From: Auanema rhodensis
Taxonomy: Eukaryota; Animalia; Nematoda
Reading direction: 5' to 3'
Assembly (NCBI GenBank): GCA_964057225.1
Contig: OZ059899.1
Coordinates: forward strand, 13,020,001 to 13,084,000
Length of the DNA: 64,000 nucleotides
Of this stretch, positions 54,881 through 64,000 are shown one piece after another (the first letter of the stretch is position 1; each line of letters opens with the position of its first letter). The notes under the pieces were generated by a model that was not told the origin of the DNA, made no database searches, and saw nothing but the letters and a program-made list of their open reading frames with translations. A program made the position numbers and the translations under genes.

Positions 54881-57800
54881 TTATATCTTGTCTACTTCTT
54901 GCATCCATTCGTGTTTCAGAGCATCTGATGCTGCTAACCGTTTAGTCGCATCCCTGGCGAGGATATTGTTCAAAAATCCCAAAAGTTCTATAGAAAATCG
55001 GTCTTGAGCTCTGAAAATTCAGCAGCTTCTCCCTCAGTTTCAAGCTTCTCAAACCTTTTCAGAGATTCTGCGGCACGATGTGGTGGTTCTCCAAAGCATA
55101 AATGACAAATAATTGATCCAACACTCCTTCAAATTAAAAAAATTCTACAATTTTCTTTTGTTAGGCTAATTAAAACAAACCAGACGTCCGATTTTTCGTT
55201 CGGAGCCTCACCAGCTGCACGTTCAGGAGCAGTATATCTGAAAAGCGTTATGAAATGACCGTCTTATCCGGCTTTTACTCGTTTCCCCCCTCAACAATTC
55301 AATTGGGGCGATTTTTTTATTGAATTTCGAATCAGGCCAGATGATCACATTGGCAGATTGAAAGGCTAAATGGCTGACGTTAAGCTTAAAACTGATATAG
55401 TTTTCAGTGAATCCGTGTTACATTTTGTTCTTTTTTAATATTTAGCGAACAAGAAAAAGAAGAGCAAAGCTATCCTCACGTGGTATCTGCATCTTTCCAA
55501 GTATCTAATAACTTCTTTGAAGCTGATTTGTGTGATAAGTTAGTGATATTGGAAGTGTTGTTGATGGTAGGAATGCTGTCCTTCTTCTGAGCACTGCCGT
55601 AATCAATAAGAATTACTCGATCATCAACTAACAGATTGTCTGGCTGTAATATGGTTTATGAATTTAGAATCATCTTCTATTGCACACAAATATATCTTTT
55701 CAACAAAGATAGTAAACAGAGACTGACGTTAGATAGATGATGAGGTAATGATGATGTTGAAGTAAAAAATATATAAGAAGTAGCATAGTGATACCCCTAC
55801 GATTACTACTAGTAGCAGTCATAGTGGAGTAGCACCAACTAACTATATGTATAATAAGTAAGCTTGCAGCTTATCAGCATTATATGAAATCAACACACAC
55901 ACACACACACATATCCTATAATTCATCACCTTCATATCCGTGTAAACAATGCCTTTGCTATGAAGATAACTCAGAATTTCAAAAATATAACGGCATAATA
56001 ATTGAAGAACATCTTCTGTTAAATATCCCAGCTTTTCCACATACTTGGCTATATCAATTCCGGGGATTCTAAACAGGAGAGATATAGTTGTCCAAATATT
56101 TAACAGTAAGAAAACATCATAATTATCATCAGCATGATATTCATCTGATAGACTGGCCGACCTTTGTAATACTATGCAGAATCCCTTGTCAGATTCCCAA
56201 AATCCATGATACTGAGGAATGTTTGGATGGCATAATTCATTCAATATTGATATCTATAAATAGATCTCAACATATTGTTTTATAATCTTTTTGACATACC
56301 TCTCTCTGTATATCTTCATAATTTCTTTTTTTTGAAAATACTTTGCCAGCTAATGCTGTAGGATTTCCATTTTTCAAAAGATTGTATGTAATAGATGTTC
56401 TGCCACATCCTAGTACAGAGCCAAATGACACATGCTTACATAAATCTTCTGATTTCTGAATGAAAATCAGATAATTATGAGCATATTTTAGTATGTGATA
56501 CGGTGAAGCAGATGCAAGTAGCTACACCAAACTATACATACTTCAGATTCTAAGGAAAAATCTACGTTAACTTCGTTGCTGTACGAACTACGGAAGTACA
56601 CCGTATACGCAAATACTCGTATTTGATATGATGAAGCTCTAAACTGCCTTAGTGAAACCTGAAAGTACATCAGACTTCAGATAGAGGAAATGAATTTGCA
56701 GAGTAAACCTTGGTTGCAGTCAAATCTATGGTCGCAGACCAGAATGATGACATATCTTGAAATAGAAAAAGAAACTCATTTTACTTTCTGATTATAATGC
56801 ACCTGGTCTTTTATACTGAATACAATATCGCACACCAGGAGTTGTTGAAGGCTTCCAGTTCAGCTTGATAGATCGCCATCCAGTGCGAGTGAAGCATAAG
56901 TTGGTTGGAGGCTCTGAAAGCAAATCAGAGAATGAGCACCTGTCTTCCTTATTCAGAAAAAGAAAAAGCTACATTAGAAGCATAATACCTGGCTTTCGAA
57001 CTACTTTCAGTAAAGCTACCATCGCAACAACTCCATAATCATTACTAGCAATAAGCGAATATATTCCAGCATCAAGATAATCAACTGATTGTATAATTAA
57101 ACGAGTAGAATTCTCATTATTCTGCAAAATTATTAATCATAGCCCATAATCTTTGATTTTTAATTCAATTTTAACCTCAACTATTCCTCGTTTTCTTTCT
57201 AAAGCAGGTCCTCTCCAAATAGCAACATATTCAACAGGTGAAAAGATTTCTGGTTCGAATATCACTCTTTCACCTTCACGGACTAATACGTCAGCAAGAT
57301 CTTTGATGATTATTGGCTGCTTATGTTGCAATTTCATCTGAATATCAAAAGATTCTCATTTAATAGCAATTCTTCTCCGATTTACATGAGTGTCGTCTAT
57401 TTTTCTCATCAATTCGTCACCATCTACAATTGACGATAGTGGATTCGTAGCTATTCCATTCAGATCAATCTCCGACATTTGTTCATACCATTGACGACGA
57501 TACCTTTATATTTTATGATTTGATTTCATTCATTTCAAGATATCTACCTTATTTGTTCAACAAATGTTTTGCCTTTTATGTTGTTTAAATCTAAAAAGTA
57601 TGCTGGAACTTTCCCTGCTTGATTAGTCTTAGTTTGAATGGTAGCATATCCGTTTTTAACCTGGGTAACAACAACCTAAAAAATCAAATTTTCTTAGAGA
57701 ACTTGATTGAAATTTTCAAAAATTTATTCCGTTGCGGGGAATCGAACCCCGGCCTTATGGGTGAGAGCCATAAATCCTAACCACTAGACCACAACGGACA

Positions 57801-60800
57801 CAACATGGGAAAAGCACTTTGTCTTCAAGATTGATCTTGATAGAAGAAATTGAATAGCGCGCTCGTATTTAATTTGCAATCAGTTGTCTCCGAATCTTGA
57901 ATTCAATCCAGCAAGTACGTTGTCCTACCTCATCATCTTCTTTAACAGCAATTTCTCCAGGTCTTAGCGGATGATAATCACAAATAACCAAAGCATCGAG
58001 TTCCTTGAAACTATGCTCCTGAATAAAGCAATTCTTTATTCCCAGAAAACAATTCAATTTTCTTATTTTAATGAAATAATATCAATCTATATTATTGTTG
58101 AAAATTTGATTGCCCGAGGCCAGAGAAAAATGAGATGAAAATCGGCAGCTAAGCTTTACTCAACTTCAACAGGCTTTTATACAATTTTCTCATTAGCTAT
58201 TTGAGACGTATAAATCAGATCTTTAAACTTTTTAATAATCTTATATTTTATGGTTCAATATATGGCCATATAATATAACTTCTAAAGTTTTCAAGCCCTC
58301 CATTAGGTATAATGTCTTTCAATCAAATAAAGTCAATCACTTATACTATACGTATAATATATATTTCTCTCTCTTTCATCCTGTCCCTGCATCTTTTTCT
58401 CCCTAATCTCTCTTGCTCTCTATATTTGTATCCTCCCCCACCCCATCTCTCTCTCTCTCAATCTCTCTCAATCTCTCTCATCCTCTCTCTCTCTCCCTAT
58501 CTATATTTCCCTTCTACTAACGTTTCTGGCATTCTAACTTTCATACATACGCATCTTTTTTTTCACTATCCATCGATCTATCTCCTGAGCAATTTTCTCC
58601 ATTTCCGGAACTCGTCAAAATATTCCGCTCTAGCATCAGATGTTCTTGTCTCTCCAGCCATTTGCCATTTGGCCATCATTAATGCCAAATATGTACATAT
58701 ATTCTGGAGCACATTCATCAATTGCCCACGAATAGATCCTAAAGGCATTGCGATATATGAAGAGGGAGGTAGAGAGATAGAGAGGATAGCATAACGTAGA
58801 GAGATGGATATGAGAAGAAGAGAGACAGCAAAGAGAGAAGGCGTTGAAATAGGGAGCAAAGCAACAGGAGAAGAAATAAAAATAAAATGAAGAAATAAAA
58901 AGAAACTGAGAGAGTGGAAGAGATTGAAAAGAGATGGTGGTATGCATAACCACACTCTCCAGAAAGCTTACTAAGAATAGGCTAAAAGTACTTTACGTCC
59001 CTTTTACGGTTTCAAGTTTTGTTCTTGAGCAATAGAAAGATTTTTTTGCTCTACCTCTTCTCCCCCATGCGAATATGAGAAGGACTACTCATTTAAAAGT
59101 GTAAGCTTTTGCATTTCCTTATTCTGCTCTGAGCATGATGTTTTGTGCAAAAGATCATCTAGCGCATCAGATAATTCTATTCCTCTCCTCCCACCCAGTG
59201 TTTTCCCATTTTACTTCATTTTCGTTTCTTCATTTTCTTTTACTATTCGTATTAATTCAATCTTGAAGGCAATTAGTTGCGGGGCAGCCGTGCGATTATT
59301 GCGAACACGATGGCACAGCATTCTTCATTTCATCTAAACAATGATAAAAAATAGCAGTTAAAGAGGGAAGATGGAAGAAGAATGAGCTGAACTAGATGAA
59401 GACGAGAAAGATGTCTAATCCTAGTTAAATCTGAATCATCTAAATGGGTGATGATGTCCCCTGCCTCTAAATACAACCTCCCGTATGATCCTTGTTTGTT
59501 GTACGTTGTGTCTGTATCTCTATATGTGAGCTATATGCCATCTTCCTTGTGTGGCATAATGTTTCTGTGTAGAAAAAAAAACGACAAATTAGTTTATACA
59601 ATCTTTATAGTTATCATAACGGTAATAATAATTATAATAAGCATTAAACACATAGAAATCTTTCAGTCCATGTTGGCAAAAACTAAACTCATGGGCGAGT
59701 TGGTAAGATACATACAAAATGGACATGTTGTTCCGTTATTCATATGATTAAAAAAGGAAAGCAGACAGCTTATTATATATAAAAACGAAAATTCAAAATG
59801 AAATTAAACTATAAAACCATCTGGACAACGAATAGCTGTGATTTACAAGGACATGAAAAAGGAAAAATCAAACATGAAAAGAAATTGGCAATGGAAATAA
59901 AAAGATCCAGGCCGAACCAGAACTATGAGAATGTTAGCCAAAATCTTCGAAGGAACACATAAAAACACATAACATTATCTCAAAAGAGCAAGGCAAACCG
60001 TAAACGAACGTCGGGTGTTCACACAGAGCTCTCCTTCGTCAACTATATACGCTTCGAAACTCTATTGAAATAGAAGCCCTTCTAAGGAAACAAGCCACAG
60101 GTGAGAACATTAGACTACAAAATACAAAAAGATGGGCAGTATTTACATATAAATATAAGAATTTATATATTTATATATAATTATACTGGAGCCTATGGAA
60201 ACAAAAATGAAAACGGGGATGGGGGAGGAAAAGTGATAAATTTGTCTAGAGAAAGTTTCACAATAAAAATTTTCTGTAGAATTCAGTTCATACTTAGGTC
60301 AAAACAGTCTGTGCTAAACAACTGTTGTGGTTCAGACGTTGGCTTATTTTCGTTTCTAGTAAAGGTACACTACTTTCTAGCTTTGGCCATGTTTCATTCA
60401 GCCATGTCTGAATTTGCTATTATTCGCCTCAAAGAATTCATAACACTATAAAGTTGGAATTTAATGAAATTGATTTGAGTCAACAAATGATTTCGTGGAT
60501 TCAAATATCAATTTCAATACAGAAGCCTTCTCTCTAGAAGAAAATTAAACAAATCCAGAATTTAAGCCCTAATCTTGGTGTATGTAGCAATAGGTTTCGA
60601 TTGCTGGCCGCATGCTTACAATGGAAAGATATATTAAAATAATGGTTAATACGAAAGTATGGTTATTTTAGCAAGATACTTCCTAATTCCAGTTTTCGGT
60701 GAACTCAAATTTGGATTCGAATAACTTGGAACGAAAAGGAAAACCACGTGAACATTCACATACATATTGCTTGCCAGCAGCATAAAAAAGTAGGATAAGT

Positions 60801-63222
60801 TAGCAAATTCTACACAAAACCGAGAACAGATTAACGAATGTCACCGGAATACGATATGGGCTCATTTTGCATCATGGGGTTACGAGGCTTGTTGGGTATA
60901 AAAATGTGGACTATTACGCAATATTTCATGAGATAACTAGTGAATGAGCAGACTAGAATATATGGAGTAGTAGAGAGCTACAAAAATAAGACACGTGATC
61001 GTTTGAACACGGATAAAAACCTATAACACTACCCCTTTCGAAATAATAAAAGCAAACTATGCACACGAAAGAAAGGAGGAGAGAAATTATAACGCTTCGA
61101 AAGGAACTTCATAATCCGTTTCTAACTATATCTAAATGAAATTTCCTCATTTCAATTTGCCCACCGGTGGAGGCGATGTTGGTGATTTTGCTGAAGGCTT
61201 CTTGCCGAAACTGAAAAGCTTGCTCTTGCTATCCTTCTTTGGCGATTCCGGTTTTGAAGATCCAGGTTTAGAGATGTTGCCGGCTGGCCCTGCTGGAGAG
61301 CGGGGTATCGCACCTGGCGATTTTTTATCATTTGAACTGGAAAGCGATACGAAGGAATAAAAGAAATGAATAGATGTTAAACTTACAGACTCATGCTACC
61401 TAGTCCAAGATCATCCGAATTTCCACCAGAAATATACTTCTTGGGATTAACCAACTGTTCAAGCATACGCTTTTGTTGATCCTGCATATCCTCGAGTTTT
61501 CTAACCCATTCATCCTTAAACAGCTATTGTTAGCCCGAAAAAACGATTTAAAAAAACCTTCTCATCTTGAGTTTGAGCTATAGCGATGAAACTAGGCTGA
61601 CTTAAGTCAGTACTTCCGATGGTAAACTTCAAAGGCTCGTCAGATGTGACAGATTTTTGGAAAAGCATCTTATTGACCTGATAATACGTGGTTTTAAGTA
61701 AGAAATTGAGAAAAAAATACCATAATTTGATTTTTGAAGATATATGTTGGATTTCCAAATTCTTTTTTAGGAGGAATATGGTCAGCAATAATAGCAGATT
61801 GCTCAAATAAGAAAATTCGACGATCTTTTGCTCGTTGTGTATTATTACCACATTGCTCGGCAATTGATAATGTACCCTGAAACACATTATTAAAGTCAAT
61901 ATTAAGAGAGAGAAAAGAGATTTAAGGCTTATACTAAACGACTGAATGACCAAAAAAATAAGCCTAGAATGCTATAGCATAGAGCATCCTCCCCGTAAGT
62001 GGATCGACGATCGTACTATGTTTTTTTCGGCATTCAAGCTTTGACTAAAATACAGCTTCAGACATTGACGGATGCGATCCTTGTCAAAAGCCAATTCAAG
62101 GAAAATAGCGAAAAATGAACAAAAAAACATAAAATCAATAACGATGCAGAATGTTGTTAAGAAAATTGGTAAGCTAGTACGGATTATATAACAACGATAA
62201 ATACGCACCTGATGGATTAATCTTCCTTGGGCATTCAAATTTCCATCAAAGTTCTGCAATCTACCGACTTGCATCATATCATCACACGCCTTGGGAACGA
62301 CATGCATAACCTGGATTTGACAGATTACAATAAGAAAATTAAAACTAAAAGTGAACCTCTAAAGCCTTTTTGAGAGTTGTAGTATTATCTTTAGCACGTT
62401 CAGTAAACTTGAGAACATCCTTCAACAATAGCTGATATTTCATAATGCGTTGCACAGGTTTAATTAGAAGATCACATAGAGCAACTTTGTGTCCTAGCTT
62501 AGCCTTTGTTTCCGCGAAGAACTAAACATATTAATTAAATGAACGTATAAATTAATTATTATAATTGTAATATCATATCAAACAAAAGTAAAGATCACAA
62601 ACAATACTCACCACTTCAAACTCATCTTGTGAAACTAAATAATCTGATTTCGGTTTGTTCTGACAATATTTAACGTATAGAGTATGAAGACGTCGTTCCT
62701 ATAATTTCAATTTTGAAAACACAGAAATAATTAAAAAAAACTGACAAATTTAACAAAAGCGGCCCCAGCAGCGTCATAGTTCTCAATGCATTTCTCAATT
62801 TCCTTTAAGAAAGAGCTGGAAGAGAAAAATTCATCATAATACATGAATTTTTTGATTACTTTTTATGGAAATCCAAAATTTGAGCAATATTAGCAAAGAT
62901 GATCTTATCTTTGCCTTGAAGTTCAGCAGGTAACTCCATTTGATTCAGGTTAGCAATATATCCTTCTACAACTGAAGTCAGATCTTTTACATAATCTTGC
63001 TCAGTTTCTACAAGTTCCATCAAAACATAGCTGCAATTTAGATAAAATGAACAATGGATACAGAAAAAAAAGCTGATTGAAGTTTTTCAAGCATTGCTTA
63101 TAAGTTTTAACAACTTACTGTCTCTTAAATCGGGCAATTTCCTCGGGAGTCTTCTCTTGCTTTTCCGAGCTTTCCTCTTCAACTGATTCCCGAGCGACAC
63201 TCTGCTCACTCTGGTCCTCATT
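54881..63222 (-). CDS. unc-73: Trio/Kalirin orthologue, 3' part: RhoGEF2 DH-PH, SH3, Ig, FN3 and Ser/Thr kinase (5' end lies beyond the window)
   Basis: DH: [51 protein letters not shown]: RRIFLFEQ. Then SH3 ([29 protein letters not shown]), Ig ([14 protein letters not shown]), FN3 (PPTNL..IKLNWKP..YQIRVFA) and kinase (YTDMKPDN, DYG, YTAPE, SDVWS). The exact C-terminus is ambiguous; the first in-frame stop is at 54881. Confidence 0.9.
57727..57798 (-). tRNA. tRNA-Glu (anticodon CTC), intronic within unc-73
   Basis: Minus strand TCCGTTGTGGTCTAGTGGTTAGGATTTATGGCTCTCACCCATAAGGCCGGGGTTCGATTCCCCGCAACGGAA folds as a cloverleaf with A and B boxes, followed by a T5 Pol III terminator. Confidence 0.97.
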
Positions 63223-64000
63223 CTGAAATAAAGCCAATGTAATTAGCTACTATTCTTCCAATTCCACACTACTAGACACTCCTAGTTTGTTTCTCTCAAG
63301 TTCATTCTCAGCTCTTTGCGGGAACAATAATGCTATTCTTTTCTTCAAGGGAGAAGGAATGCAAAAGAATGGAATAAAACTTGAGCAAATGTGGAATCAG
63401 AAAAGGCAGGAGGAGCAATTCGCAAGCAACGCGAAATCATTCTAGACTTTCAATACTTAATTACAGAAAAATGTAATCTATTTAGGAGGAGAAGAGAAAG
63501 GCGAAAGAACACATAAGTTAGTATTGCTTGTTGTCAAGGGGGAATTCTCAAATTCTGTGTTGCCTAACCAATTCAGAATGCCACATAAATAAAATTCAAA
63601 ATTTGAAAAACAGAAAAGCAAAAGAGATGGGATGAGAAAACGTGAGCAACTCTACAACATATCAAAATGTTCATGTTAATTCAAACTAAAAAAACAGCAT
63701 TTCCTTCTTAGCAAACCCATTTATGAGATCACGGAAATCATTTTTCTTCGTAAGAGAAAAACAAAAGTTTGTAAAACATGAGCGAAGACATTCTATAAAC
63801 GATGAAAAAGAAAAAAAAGGGGTTCGAATTAATGAAAGTCTAGTATGTCATTTTGAGAGACATCTGTTAAGCTGACCACATTCAGAGTAACAGTGCCTTA
63901 GAGTTTTCATTTAGTAAAATAAGTCTTCTTCATTTGATATATCGCACCAAAATATATGAGTTGTTTATGATATGCTTCAAAAAAACAGACAAAACCTGCT

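Noticed and set aside
58312-58955. Three overlapping 105-160 aa ORFs in the long unc-73 intron
   Set aside because: They are largely pyrimidine/purine low-complexity sequence with no recognisable domain or convincing splice sites.

Overview
AT-rich, intron-dense eukaryotic genomic DNA, most likely a clade V (rhabditid) nematode: many ~45-nt introns, TTTTCAG-type acceptors, and nematode-type genes. Most supplied ORFs are exon fragments or (GA)n artefacts, so I assembled genes by hand from splice sites. In order: 3' part of WDR81/sorf-2 (+), a two-Ig GPI-anchored zig-7-like gene (+), an unknown spliced ORF, a Srh/Sri-type chemoreceptor with a decayed 5' duplicate (+), a very divergent TGF-beta/DAF-7-like ligand (-), nekl-2 (-), an 83-aa single-pass microprotein (+) and a CCK-receptor-like GPCR (-). 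A ~17 kb (GA)n-rich gene desert follows, then a compact cluster: sac-1 (-), PGAP3, parp-1 and eaf-1 (+), a double-chromodomain gene (-), cpn-3 (+) and the 3' half of unc-73/Trio (-) with an intronic tRNA-Glu(CTC). Highlights: (1) the TGF-beta ligand has lost both cysteines of one cystine-knot disulfide plus the dimerisation cysteine; (2) unc-73 keeps an SH3-Ig-FN3-kinase tail, whereas C. elegans UNC-73 has no kinase; (3) parp-1 has three GC-AG introns; (4) a phased ACGTGA cluster lies upstream of the microprotein. All homology calls are from recalled family motifs; no database searches were run.
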